NCBI GenBank assembly: GCA_028534125.1
Contig: CM052816.1
Coordinates: forward strand, 20,646,001 to 20,710,000
Direction of reading: 5' to 3'
Source: Lama glama
Lineage: Eukaryota
Length of the DNA stretch: 64,000 nt
The position numbers and the translations under genes are program-made. Under the pieces are notes generated by a model that was not told the origin of the DNA, did not search any database, and saw nothing but the letters and a program-made list of their open reading frames with translations. Below, piece after piece: positions 1 to 13,004 of this stretch. How positions within the stretch are numbered: position 1 is the first letter of the stretch; every line of letters starts with the position of its first letter.

Positions 1-310
1 TTGTTCATTTGATCTATTCCTACACCAGTGCCACACTGTCTCAAGTTAGTAGGGTTTTATAATAAGTTTTGATATCTCCTAGGGCAAGCCCGTGTTATTC
101 CTCTTTGGGAGCACTGCAACTGTCCTTGGTTCTTTCCATCCATCAGTAAACTGTAGAATCAGCTTGTTAAGCGCCTGAGCATGAGTGCACGTGCACACAC
201 GCATGTGTGCACACACTCCAATGGAAATTTGATTTGTATTGCATTGAATCTGTGGGTCAGTTCGGGGAGAATTGACATCTTTATACAGCTGTATCTTTTA
301 ATCCCCACAC
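1..310 (-). mobile_element. Old L1M (L1ME-like) fragment, antisense
   Basis: Typical antisense L1 ORF2 3' text: ccagtgccacactgtc...tagggcaag...tgtagaatcagcttgt...attgcattgaatctgtgggtcagttcggggagaattgacatcttt. Confidence 0.7.
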
Positions 311-779
311 ATAGCCTATGTTTCCGTTTGTCTGGGTCTGAATATCAGTTGTAACAAGCAGTATGTCTGCTCTCCAGACCATGCATCCTTCAGTGACTTG
401 TAACATTTGCTGCTGTCTCCACTTTTTTCTCACAAGGGTTGATCTCACTTTAAATTGTGTCAGTGGGAGAGAAACAAATTAACCTTAGAGTCTATTACTA
501 ATCCATACGTGACAGAAAGCCAGCTTTCCAGACTGGTAGATATTTGAGGAGCTGCATCTAATGGATCAACGGGAGCAAGAGTAGAGGAAGGTACATTTTA
601 ATCACAAAGAAGCACCTACTTTGAAGCTCCTCCACCACTTTCTACTAACCAGTTTGTTTTCTTTCATGCTTTCCCCAACATTCCAGCTGTTTCCTGACAA
701 TGGGGAACTAGCATGAGGCTCTGCTGTTTCAATTAAGGCAGGAAAACCTTGATTGGGGTTTTTTGAAGCAACCACTGTT

Positions 780-1025
780 GCTTTCTTTTTATTGTTGTTT
801 TCCTGATTACAAAGGTATTATGTATTATTTGCAGAAAATTCAGGAAATGCAGAAAAGCATTAAAGAGACAAATAAAATGTATTTAAGGTCAGAGAGAACC
901 GTGGATAATATTTTGGCATATAACTAGAGTGTTTTTCCTTATGTGTATATATACACCCATGCACATACTTTTTGTTTTTTTCCCAAAATAGCACTTTAAA
1001 TGTGATTTCTTCACTCAGCAATAAA
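780..1025 (-). mobile_element. Degraded L1ME-type 3' UTR fragment
   Basis: AT-rich ttttcctgattacaaaggt...gcagaaaattcaggaaatgcagaaaagcattaaagag...ttcactcagcaat, characteristic of old L1ME remnants. Confidence 0.5.
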
Positions 1026-2735
1026 TCAAACCATCACTCTCTTGGGAAAAGGGTGTCCAGCCCCGGCAGGGCAGGTGGTGGGTAGCAGGAGTTCACTGCA
1101 GGTTAAGTGGGCAGAGGATGCCTTCAGGAGAGGCAGAGGTGTCCAAATGGAAACAGCCCCTGCAGTTCTGCTTCATGTAAACACTTTCAGGACCGTGTGC
1201 TTGGTTAGGTTCTGTGCCAGCTCACTCGTGGAACTTAGCCCGCTCATCTTGGATGTTTACCTTAGGATTCTCATGGCCTCAAATTTCCTTCCAATTCTAA
1301 AATGTTGGGATTCCAAGGTCTCCCTGTCAGAGGCCTGAATTGTTGAGATGAGGATGTTCACTCTCCTCGAGGAACTCGGTTAGAAGAGCCTGTACTTAAC
1401 CAGGATGGTCATGCCATCGCTATTCTCATCTAGAAGGGAGATTCTAAAAGTCGCTGCGTCTTTCTTGCATAACTTCCTTGTACATAGAGGAGGTGGTGAT
1501 TCAGAGTTTGTCTCTGCTGAAGTGTTTGTGTGTCCTGGGCTCAGGCCCCTTGTTGAGACCCTGCCCTCCTCCCTTAAGCTCTGCACTGACATGAACCCTC
1601 CCCCAAAAGGACCTTGGTGTGAACAGATTGTCTCCATAGTTGCTGAATAGGAGAAATATGCACAACTGCCTTTAATTATAAAATGAACTCCTTGTGACCA
1701 GGCCAGTAACCCAAGCGTGGGGCCGTTGAGGGGAGAATGGGCAGCAGGACCTCCCCAGAGCCTGTGAAATTGCCCTGAGTTACCGCTCAGGAGTGGGCTC
1801 GGGGTTCCCTTGCCCAAAGGCCTCCATTTCAGGCAGGCAGAGCCCTCCTGTCTGTGTGGCTGGGAAAGCTCACCTCAGGAGGAAGGCAGAGTGTAAGGGA
1901 AGCAACTTCCCATCTTCCAGAAGGTAGGGGACAATTTCAAAGCTCTGTGAGTGGCTCTCTTTAAGCCACAGTGGAGGGGAGCAACGTGCCGTGTGCCAGA
2001 TGACACCTCATAGGGAGACTTGGGGGACTGTCCCCTGCTCGGGTGCTGGCCACCCACGTTAGCACCCCACCTCAGGGGACCAAGGTGCACAGTGGCCCCA
2101 TCCCAGACTGCATGGCCTAGGCTGTGATCAGGGCTCCCCCTGCAGAGAGTGTGAGAGTTGGGGGTCTGACCTAGATGGTCACGCAGCATGGGGCCAGCAT
2201 CCCAGACTCACAGCTGCCCTGCTTAAGGACCGTTCCAACCTGTGCCAAGTCATTACGTCCTGGTGATATTTGTCCCCTCGTAACACTCAGACCCCTCAGC
2301 TGCTTCAGCCTCTCTGTGGAGACAGAGCGGGGAAGCCAGTGCTGTGGGCTGCTACTGGGTAGGTTGGCTTGGCCCCCGATGCAGAATATTCCAGCTCACA
2401 CGTTCTCACGTAGGTGCTGCTGCTTGTTCACACCAGTTCCCTCTTGTACACACACGGTGAATCTCTTCTTCTATAGACACCTCGTTACACAGCCCACCTG
2501 CGTGGTGCTGTGACCCGTGGATTTCACATTATCACTCTTGAGATATTTTTCAAGATGGCATAAACCCACTGGAATGAACCCTCCCAATCGCCGTCACTTC
2601 CCAAGGCCCAAGACTTAAGGTGCAGGCAGTCCCCTGTATGTTCCTATAAATACAGGTGGGTGGTTGCTGGCCCCAGAGTCTTACATGCTCTTCCTACAAC
2701 CTTCATTCCTTCCTGGAAGGTCCGCCACGCTGCTC

Positions 2736-2750
2736 CCACCAGGTGGCAGC
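2736..2750 (+). promoter_or_regulatory. Candidate CTCF binding site
   Basis: CCACCAGGTGGCAGC fits the CTCF core CCASYAGRKGGCRS at every position; occupancy not testable from sequence. Confidence 0.55.
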
Positions 2751-5557
2751 TGGTAGGAGAGCCTGAAGCAAGGAGCAGCCCTCCCTCCGGGCACAATTAG
2801 AGACAGTGTCCTCCTTGTCAGTGTCACGAATTTCTGCTTCTCCCCTGGGAGCTCAGTTTCCACCATAAAATGCCACATTTGAAATGCAGATTCCTGGAAC
2901 CCTCCAGAGGTCTAGAGAGAGTGATGTTCAGAATGTGCCCCCATCCATTCTGGGTACATGATGTTAAAGCTACACCACCTGACTTTCATTCCGCCTTATT
3001 TTTCCCACTGTAAGTGTCACCTGAAACTGGTCCAAAGCAAAGCGGAGTCTCTGTAACTGCCCTCCTTGGCTTTTTCCCACCTTAAAGGCCCCTCCGTGAA
3101 GCCTGAAGGTGGGGTTCCGACTGGCTCCAGGGGAGGTTGTTAGAAGGCCTGGTGGACAGCAACCTAGAGGCCTGGCAATGACCCAGTCCTCACAGGGACC
3201 ACGAGGGAGGGAGGGGACGCCCCACTGAGTCCCGTGTTCTCTTCCTGTCCTCACGTGTTTAGGGGGATTGTGACAAGAAGGTGGCCTCTGGGGAGGGAAG
3301 ACTAGGATAGCACACAGTCTAGAAATTTCAACCCATGGGACAGTAAAAACAACACTGTAGGTTTTCCCCAGTGGTCCCCCAAATCTCAGCGTAAAGCGTC
3401 GTCTCCCTAGGAAGAGAAACAAGAAAACTCTCTTCAAGTGTGAAGGGCCTTCACCTGGCAGTTTGATGTGGGATTAAGGGGCACCCCAGCAGATGGATGT
3501 TGGGCCTGTGGGTGGGTGGCAGGGAGGCAGATTTCAGACTCTGCTTGTCAGTATCCTGAATCTCATTTCCTCCCCTCTGGAAGCAGTCTGCACCATTAAA
3601 TGGTGAGCCTTCCAACAGCGGAGGCTGTGTAAGCAGCAGGACATAGGGCCTCCCCTTCTGGGGCTGCACCAGCGGAGGCTGGTGGAAGAGAAGGAGGACT
3701 CTCTGCCCTGGGAGGGAGGGCTGAAAAAATGGTCACACTGATCAGCGGGCATTGTTTGTCATGGGAGCATCATTTAAATAAACTGATTAGGACTTAAATA
3801 GCACTGAGGTCCAGCAGCGTCTACTGGAGCAGATACCTGGGCTCCAGGCTGGATGGCCCCTCCTGGCGACATGAGTCCTCCCTCCCTGCCTCAGCACATG
3901 CCCACCTCCAGTCTCTCCTGCATCCTCAGCACTGCTGCTTCTCTCACACCCCACCCCCATCTCGAGCGGGTGAGATTGTGGATCCAAACCATGATGCTCC
4001 CCAAGACCAGCCTTCCCCAGCCCGTGTGGCTCTCTCCTCCACCCATCCTCAGGTCCCTGACCACCCTGGCCTGCCCTGAACACAGACCATGGTGTCTCTT
4101 TTCCGGGTAGGACAGACTCCTTCTTCCTTTGTGTATCCTTCACCGGGCTTCCTGCAGGGCCCATGGCTGATGTTTTTAGAAATTCCAGCTGCTCCAAGGA
4201 TCCTTAAATGATCCAGGGTAAGCCTCTCCAGTGGAACTGGCCCAGGGTCAGGTGCCAAGTGGTGGAAGCAGCTCTGGCAAAGTGGTGGGGCTGGAGCAGT
4301 CGGTCTCAGCCGCCATCTGGCTGCCCACTGCCCAGCCTGCCTACCATGGCTGCACTCTCCACGTTACCTTGTCATCCCATTGGCCACAAGCTGAGAACTC
4401 CTGGAGGCACTCAGTTCTCTCCTCTGCCCTGGAGACCTCGGAGTCTCATCAGGGCAGACTGAAAATCATTAGGGTATGATTCAGGAGGGTGCTTGCCAGA
4501 AAAGAATGTGGGTCTCTGAACACACACAGTGAGAGTTCAAAGGAGATGAAACAGTGAATGCTGGGGGACCGGGGAGCTTCCTGGAGGAGGTGGGATTGGA
4601 GCCCAGCAGGATGGTCTCAGGTCAGAGGTAGAGAGCCAGGACCAGCCTTAACAAAGGGCACTGCCCACCAGACCCTCACTGTCACCTGGGCGGAGAAGTG
4701 CTGCTCTTCCACCTCTGTCAAAACTCAGCTGTCTTGTGTCCTTGCCACCGAGGGTTCTGTCCTCAGCTCTGAGACTCTCGGGCTTCAGAAGTAGGGAGGG
4801 GAGTCTGAGTTCACAGAATTCGGGTAACTGGGTGACTAGGAGTCCACCCTGAAAATCGAGTGACATGAGTACTACTTAATGATGCCATTTCAGGCCCAGT
4901 GTGCCAGTTGGTGCGTCCAAAGTCTCACCATGTAGGAGACACCTGCCTGCCAGAATAGGGTCTGCCTAAGCTGAGATTTTGTGGAGCATGAGGAAGCAGG
5001 CACCAGAGTGATGGGGATGAGGCCTGTGCTGGGCTGGGGCGCTGGGCTGGCCTGGCTTTGCACCCTCCTGGGGTCATGACTTTGAACCAACCTGGCCCCC
5101 ATCCTACCCCTGGCAGGTGGCCTCACTTTCTCCTTCTGTACAGTGAGGGGCTGGCCTGATTATTTTCTCTGTCGCCTTCCCACCGTGACGTTCTGTGAGT
5201 CTTGTGTGAGTGACGTTACCTGTCTCAGTGGCGGGCCCAGCCCAGTCCCGCTGAGGAGCCGCGGGAGCACTGCGCCCCAGGGAGGCGGCTGACGGAGGGG
5301 CAGCTCCTGCTGTGCATTAGCTAGACGCCAGTTCCCAAGTGCAAGAACTTGCATAATTGGCTTCTTGTTTTAAGAGACATGATTCTCTTCAGCCAATTCT
5401 CAAATGCCAGATGGGCACTGAGCTTTGAAAGGTATAAAGAGATTAACATCATCAAGGAAAGGGCAGACTTGGGTGGTTTGAAGGCTGGTGGCTTTCAGCA
5501 CATGCCTGCCAAGAACCCCGTATGGAGCCCAGGTCACCCTGCAATCTGGCGTCTGCC

Positions 5558-5599
5558 ACTTCTCCATCTACTGGGATGACTTCTCCATCTAGTGGGATG
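5558..5599. repeat. 21-bp tandem duplication (2 copies, 1 mismatch)
   Basis: acttctccatctactgggatg followed immediately by acttctccatctagtgggatg. Confidence 0.9.
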
Positions 5600-6044
5600 G
5601 TCACCTATGTTTGCCTCAAGGATGGCTTTTCCCACTGACGTGCTGTCGGCCAGAAAATCCCCTTTTGCAAGAAAAGCCAGTTTGCATCAAGAAAAATCCT
5701 GGTCTGCCAACTGATCTTCACTCAGTGAAATAAAATGATTAGAATGGGCCAGATGGCAGGCCAACAGTGTGTCCACAGTTGGGGCACAAGGAAAGGACCT
5801 GGTGGACTTGGGCTTGAAGGATCCAGGTGTATCTGATAGCAAGGCCAAGAGTGGAGGTGCCCTTGGAGCCCTCCTGTAGGGCCCCCGCCTGTAGTTCTGT
5901 CCTGGTGCACGTCTGTTTCCCAGCTCAGAGCATCAGCATGCCATGCACCTGTGGTGCTGGGCGCTAGGCTGGGCACCAGGACGACTGAGTTCTCTCTGGG
6001 TCTCCCTCCTGCTCTCTGAACCTCAGTCTCTACAGAGATGGGTA

Positions 6045-6640
6045 GGCCACAAGATCCCCCTAATTGCAGATACCAAGTGCAAGTTTAGGAGTCCCTGAGA
6101 CCACCCTCATGTTTGGTAATTTGCTACAAGAACTCACAGAACTCAGAAAAGCCAGTATACTCATGGTTATGGTTTATTACGGTAAAAGGATACAGGTGAT
6201 AATCAGCAGAAAGAAGAGCCACCTAGGGCAGGGTCCAGGAGGCTCCAAGCTCAGAGCTGCCAGTCATCCTCCCCCAGGAGTTGTGCACACTTGCTTCTCC
6301 CAGCAGTGATGTGGGACAACATGTGGAGTACTGCCAACAAAGGACACTCACCTGAGCCTTGGGCTCCCCAGACTTTACTGGGGCTCAGTCACACAGATGT
6401 GGCCGACTGTTCACACGGCCAGCTGATTTCCAGCCCTTTCAGAGGTGGAGCTGATACCAGGTAGCCTGTGTCCACCACCCCCGACCCCACCCCATCACAA
6501 ACTGCATTGTTACTGTAGACAATCTGATGGGGCCCAAAGCTTGCAGGTCAGTTAAGACCCTTATCAGGCCAGACATTCTGGGGCTCAGAGATCGCCCCCC
6601 AGGAGCCAGAGGGTGAAGGCCAGACTCTCCTCAGACAAGG
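6045..6640. mobile_element. MER21-family ERV solo LTR
   Basis: Diagnostic run gagaccaccctca...aactcacagaactcagaaaagccagtatactcatggttatggtttattac...aaggatacag...gggcagggtccagg and ...cttatcaggccagacattc...gccagagg...ggccagac matches recalled MER21B/C. Confidence 0.75.
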
Positions 6641-8165
6641 TTCATCGAAAGGAGTACTGTGTTTTCCATTGGCACAATGGAGGGGTTGGATAAGACCATG
6701 TTCTCCTGGCTCCTTCAAGGTCTCAGGCTCTGGAATCTTGATCCTGCTTGTTGGACCTGGGTTTATCAACAGCAGAGCATGGAGAACAAAGTTCTGAGCA
6801 AGCCGCCAAATGCAGTGAGAAATTGTGTTAGGTTTCTGTTCAGGTATATCCCTTGTCACCTATGGAATTACGTTTGATTTGTTCTTTCCCAAGGATCATA
6901 GCCGGCAGGCCCTTTAAAACCATTAGCTTTAATTTCCTTTTCTACTCCCCTGATCTTTGATGCCCAACTCCTGGTGTGGCCTTACTGCAGAAAACCCCAC
7001 AGTGGCAAGGAAACCTGCTTCCTTGCACTTCTGAACACCTTTCATCCACCAGATGAGGGAGAGCCGAGGGGAGCGAGCAGGCTAAGCCGCGGCTGTTCAG
7101 TGGTCCCACTCACTGCAGCTGGGAACCTGGTGTGGACGTTCTCACAGAAAAATGCCCGTGCTGCCGGTGAGGCCTCCTCACACTGTGATCCTGAACACCC
7201 GGCGGCTGCCTGGAATGAAAATAAAGCAGCACAGGCCTTTCTAGGAGGCTTTGGTTGGATTCCTGAAAACCCTCTAAGAATAAATTATGCCATATGGCTG
7301 TTTCTTTGTTTACCTTAGGGCTGAAGGGAAAGATTCTGGGCCAGAATCTTCCATATCATTTCAGAGACAACACTTCCAACCCCATCCGTTTATAGACAGT
7401 GCTAAAAATAGTGCCCCTCCACTTTGTGTGGATGTGGACACGTATCTCAGGCCTTTGGTGTCGGCATTGCTGGCTGGAGTCTTCACTCTGTAGGGTGAGT
7501 GATCTGCACTTCTCAGTACCCACCCACCCCATGCCGCCTTAAGCAGGTGTTCACTGGGGTCTGCTCACCCTCTGCAACCCTGAGCTGAGCGCTTCAAGGA
7601 AAGGACAGCTCTCTTCCACCTCCATCTGCCCCAAAGATGCTAACAGGACAGGCCTTCACAGGGAGGTCACTGAATCACAAGAGTGGTTCCCTCTCATCTC
7701 ACGAGAGTGGATGCTGTTGAGTTTCAACATTTCAATATAAATCCAAGTTCAGATGTATCATTGGTCAGCAGTAAAGCCCCCCCTCCAATTAAGCAAAGGG
7801 TGTTTGTGGGGTTTTTCTTTCTTTGCCCTCTCAAGCGAGGGCGGGTCCTTTAAGAAGGCCTAAGTTCAAACCTTCGGTCTTGAAAATGGCTTCATTGCTA
7901 CAAATGACATTGTTGCCTTGTGCTTGTATAAAAATCTTCTCTTTTAGTCACTTGCTGTTATATTGAATGGATAACTGCAGTAAATTAAAATCCTGGGTGC
8001 TGGGCCCCACCTGGCCCCCACGTCCTGGGAACATGTGCTGTGGGACTTCCCAAGAAGGGGTGAGAAGGGGGCTCAGGAAGGCAGGTGGAAGAAAGCTTTC
8101 AGGGCTCAGTGTGGGGTCTGAATTACGGGATTATGTTTGAGAACACTGTACTGTTGCCTTCATTC

Positions 8166-8523
8166 TGTCTTCATTCAGTCTGCTGTAACAAATGTGCCTG
8201 GGTTAAGTGGCTTAAACAACATTTATTTCTCACCGTTCTAGAGTCTGGGAAGTCCAAGATCAAGGCATTGCAGACTTGGTGTCTGGCAAGGCCCACTTGC
8301 TGGTTTACAGATGGCTGCCTTCTCCTCGTATCCCCACATGGTGGAGGGCAAAGAGAGGCACCAGCTGTCCTGTCCCTGCTTTAAAAGGCACTAATCCCAC
8401 TCCTGAGGGCTCCACCCCGATGACCTAATTGTCACCCAAAGGCTCCACCTCTAAATACATCACATTGGGGGTTAGGATTTCAGCACATGAAATGTGGGGG
8501 GACACAAACATTCAGGCGTAACA
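8166..8523 (-). mobile_element. MLT1A/MLT1A0 MaLR solo LTR
   Basis: tgtctt...gctgtaacaaa...ggcttaaacaacatttatttctcaccgttctagagtctgggaagtccaagatcaagg...cacattgggggttaggatttcagcacatgaa...gggacacaaacattcag; ~360 bp, TG...CA ends. Confidence 0.85.
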
Positions 8524-8529
8524 GTCAGT

Positions 8530-8990
8530 AATCATTTATTGAGGATCTGTTGTATGCTTGTGACTATGCCAGGTGCTGGGGATACAGGGGTGACCATGAC
8601 AGGTGGCATCTTTGCCCTTGAGTTGCTCACATTCAAGTAGAGTGAGACACAGAATAACCCCACGGATTGTCATGTGTCGTAAATAATTCTAAAGGAAAGT
8701 AAATATGGTGATGTTTCAATGAGTGTCATGACTAGGGGCTCCATCGAGAAGGCCTCTGTGAGGTGACATTTGAGTTGAAAGCTGAATATTCAGCAGGAGG
8801 CTGCTGTGCAAAAACCTGGGGACAGAGAGATCCAGGCTGGGATCAGCCCATGCAAGGCCGAGACTGGAAGGAGCTTGGCCTGCTCAAGACATGGAGTGGC
8901 CACTGTGGCTGGAGCCTCAAAAGTGAAGTGAAGGATGGTGAGAGATGAGGTCAGGGAAGGAGCCGGAGACTCAGACAGAGGGAACCTTAT
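8530..8990 (-). mobile_element. LINE-2 3' fragment
   Basis: catttattgag...gccaggtgctggggatacaggggtga...gaaggcctctgtgaggtgacatttgagttgaaagctgaa...gagatgaggtcagggaagg, typical antisense L2. Confidence 0.75.
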
Positions 8991-11900
8991 AGACCTGTCT
9001 GCTAGAGATAGGAGAGGATCTGCGGGCTGAAACTCATCCCTTTGTCTGGTCCCACCAGAGACTGCGGGATGTGAGCTTTGCAGGCTGCAGGATGCTAATG
9101 CAGATGGAGAATGTTAATACCCATGGCCCTGGTCCGACCTTTTCAGCATTGGGTGTTCTGATTAACTGGCCATTCTCCCACTTCACACATGGAAGACACT
9201 TTGTTCAGGAGAAAGTTGAAATGGCCAGCCCATCTAATAACAGAATATTGAAAAGGTCACAGCAGTACAGCTGAGTCCTCCAACCTACAAATCACAGAGT
9301 GTCTGCTCAGATAACTCATTCTCCTGACAAATCAAGGAGCGAGGACTTTGCTGCACAGCTGATTAGGCTCATCGGAAATCAGAGGGCCAGAGAGAAATTG
9401 ATGGAACGTCGCTGCCCCGTGCAGGGGGTCAGGGCAGCAGGAGTGCTGATTAGCAGATCAGCCGGGGGGTGGGGGCGGCATGCTGTCCCCTGGTGGCTAC
9501 TCAGATGACAGCAGCATCCGGAGGTGAGCTGGACCCTGGTGCGCGTCCCACCCTGGGGAGGGAGGCCCTGTCTGGGGGCTTCAGCCAAGCCAGTGGTTTA
9601 GCCTTTTTTGTTTTACCAGAAAAGTATTAAAAAGGCTTCTCCCTAAACCGTGGTTAAATAAAACAGTTGCCATTAAAATCCCCAAAGTTCTATTTTTTTT
9701 CCATTAAGGAGTTTTTAGAAATTAGCTTTTGCCATGACCAGCCTTTGGAAAAAGAGTGAGCAAGAGCAGTCAAAACTCAAACTCGTCATAAAATGAGGAC
9801 AGGTTTATGGCTTCATTTATTATGGAGTTCCACAAACAACGTTAAAGCAAAATGACTGATTTAATTAAAGACCGGGCAATTAACCTTCTGTGCGCTAAAA
9901 CAGAGGGCTTTGCGAGGGCTTTCCACAGAAGCGTGTCTTCATCTACGAGGCAGCAGCCATGGAGAATCTTAATAGGTCAGCGAAGCTGGATTGAAGTGGA
10001 AAGCTCACCTTAAAAAGAAATCTGAGAAGATTAAGAGAGGGATGAACATCAAAAATGACTCTGATTAAACCACGATAAAGGATGCTAGAAACTGAAAGGG
10101 AGAAACAGGATACACAGAATATATTTTTGAAACCAAAAGCACAAAGATTTCAGTGGGCTTTGGAGATAAGGAGGACTGACATTTTGAGAACAGTTGATTA
10201 AAAGCTTTTGGGCACAAATGCTCATTTTCACTGGGGGTTGAGCACAAAAATCCATGGAGTAAATTGAAATTCTAAATGCTAAGAGAAGACTAAAAGATTT
10301 ACTGCCACAGATTCAATTAAGTGGCTGAAAAAAAAATGTACCATCTCCTTCAGGATTCATTTCGGCAGCTGCCTCATAACGCACAATTTCCCAGGCGCTG
10401 TTTGCTAATGCTTTGGGAGGGATGGCTCGTCCAGGAGGGCCAAGGAGTCTTGGTTCTGGGGCCTTAAATCAGGACCCAGCGGGAACTGGAGGCCCCTGGC
10501 ACAGGGCGTTCTTCCTTTCACAGCCCCACTGCCTCCCAGAGCAACAGGCTTCTCATCCCCTGAAAGCATGATGTGTCCCCTCAGGCGTCACAGGCCTGCT
10601 GACGGCAGGCTTCACTGGTGCCCACTGCCCACCTACACCCACAACAGAACCTAGCCTTAGAGCTTAAGAGCAGTCTGGGGACGCACTGTCTCAGAGGCAA
10701 GCCTAGCTCAGGATGGGCTCTGAACTTTCCCGGCTGGGTGATGATGGAACACCCACCCCTCGGACACGCCTGATCCCGTGTTTCTGAGCCACCACTCTGC
10801 CTGCTGATGCTGGAATTTGGCACGTGCCGCCTCAGCCAGTGTGCTCAGTAGGAAGGGGTTATTTAAAGGTCTGCTCCTGACAGCACATTTAAGGCCAGAG
10901 GTGGGCTCCAGTCAGCGGGAAGGCCAGTGAGTTGCTGCAAAGTGGCAAGTGTTAATTTAATGCCCTCTGTCCCACTGTCTGTGAATTAACCCAGCCATAG
11001 AAAACTATCGTTAGCTCAGTGTGAGGTGGTCTCAGTGCGGAGAGGCCGGCACACAACTGTTAATGCTGATGGAAAGACGAGGTGTGCAATGGGGTCTGGA
11101 CAGTGCTCGTTTTAGGCAGCCCTTGGTGTGGGAAATTGCAGTGGGACCGAGCTAGTGACTGAGAGCTGCCTCCTGTGGCTTTGGCCTCCCAGCTCTGGGA
11201 TGCCCTCACCCCGCAGCCCAATGCCGTCCTGGCTCTAGCGCCAAGTAACTGTCTGGAGGTTCACGAACATCCTTGCTTGGCCTCCTAAGTGGACGCTAAA
11301 TGCTGTTGTTTTTAAAAGAAAGAGCAAAGGAGACAAAATCAAAAGGAGGATAATAAAGATTTTCGTTGCTCCTGGCCATAGGAATTCAGGGCTGCCCATG
11401 TCCTGTAGGGTGCAGTGGTCAAGAAGACTTCCCAGGGGAACTGAGCTCAGGGCAAGGTCTGGTTAGGAGCAGGAAAAAAATGGGAAAGGGAAATCGTCTA
11501 GGGGAGGAATTCCCAGGATTTCCGGGGAAAAGCAAGGGTTGAGGGCAGCTGCAGTGGATGCCCCCACTGCCTTATGTGCCCCAAAGGAGAATGAGTCAGA
11601 AGAGAGGAGAATCAATGAACTAGATGAGGTGGAAAGCAAGAGGTTTAAAAGCCGACAGCTACACGAGACAGGAGAAGGGGAATTAGAAGACTGGAATTTA
11701 AATCCCAGATATTAAACTTGAGATAAAATAGAAAAGCAAAGAATAAAAAAACAGGATGAATTTCGAAATTAAGTATTAAAAAGAGAGATCAGTTAAAAGC
11801 ATAGAAATTAAGTGAAGTTAAAATAAACAATGAGATAGAATTTTAAAATAAAACATAAGTAAAATGAAGAAACAGCTGCAAAGGAGAAGAGAAGAGGAGG

Positions 11901-12255
11901 CTGGGCAGTGTACAGGCGGGTGGGCTGTGAGGAAGGTCCCAGAGCAGGGAGCCAGCCCCAGATGCCTCCCGGGCACGGCCGGCTGCACCCCCTCCAATCC
12001 TTTCTTCCCGGGCCGGAGGGGCAGCATTTTCCAGTTTGGGTGGGAGAGGGTCTTCCTTTACACACAAGCAGAAGCAGGCCCAGAGGCCTCAGCACCTGGG
12101 CCCAGCAGACAAACCCTGAGTGTGTAGACCCCTCATGGCCACCTAGAAGGCAATGTGTGCTGGGGAGGAGAACTGCGGAACACATAAGCAAGTGAGCAGA
12201 CGAAGGCTTCCCCTTCTCAGGCTGGGCGGCTGAATTCCACGGCCACATCTTCAAG

Positions 12256-13004
12256 CCCTGGTTCTCAACACTGTCAGATCTGGTGCCCGCTCTTTACAAC
12301 AAGTCATTTGTGATGCCCCCTTTATTACCCTGAAATGAAAATTATAGATAATATAATCTGCTTAACACATATGATTTCAAAGGGAGATGCCCTGGTTGAA
12401 ATAGAAATGAGAAATACAAAGAAAGTAATGTGTAGAAAAATACTGCATATTCCAGGATGTTGTGTGCTCATGCAAGACCACAGTAGAATTCATAGCGAGG
12501 TAGCCAGACGTTGGCATGGAAGCACCCTCACGAATGCAGCTGACTCAGGTGTACAGAGCTGGCAGCACATTCCACAAACAATGCGTAGCCGTTGGTGATG
12601 AGGTCATGGTGAACAGCTTTTGATAAAGTTCTGAACAAAATAATGGGTACTCTTCCCTTGGTTCTCATAGCACTTGTATCCCAGGAAAATTCCAAATATG
12701 TAAAAACCATGCGCAAGAGACTTCGTGTTTATGAATAACCAGAGTTAGGTTCTAGGCTCCAATCATCTTTTCACCTACATGAATAGCCAATGAGACATTC
12801 CCCCAAAATGGGGACATGTGACAATTCACTGTTGTGAAGGATGATCCTGTGCCATGCAGGGTGTCTGGCATCCCTGGTCCTTTTCCATTCAACGCTAACA
12901 GCAGCCTTCCCTGCCCACCACACCCCCAGTCATTGAGACCATCCAGAATGCTCCAGGGATTTCCAGAAGGACCACTAGCAGGCAGTTCCGACTGAGAACC
13001 ACTG
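12256..13004 (+). mobile_element. MER20B-like non-autonomous hAT-Charlie DNA transposon, near full length
   Basis: Decayed TIRs ccctggttctcaac ... ctgagaaccactg; flanking 8-mers tcttcaag (12248-12255) and tcttagag (13005-13012), 6/8 identical as expected for an old hAT TSD; internal motifs ccctgaaatgaaaattatagataatataat, atggtgaacagcttttgataaagttc, gagttaggttctaggctc. Confidence 0.8.
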
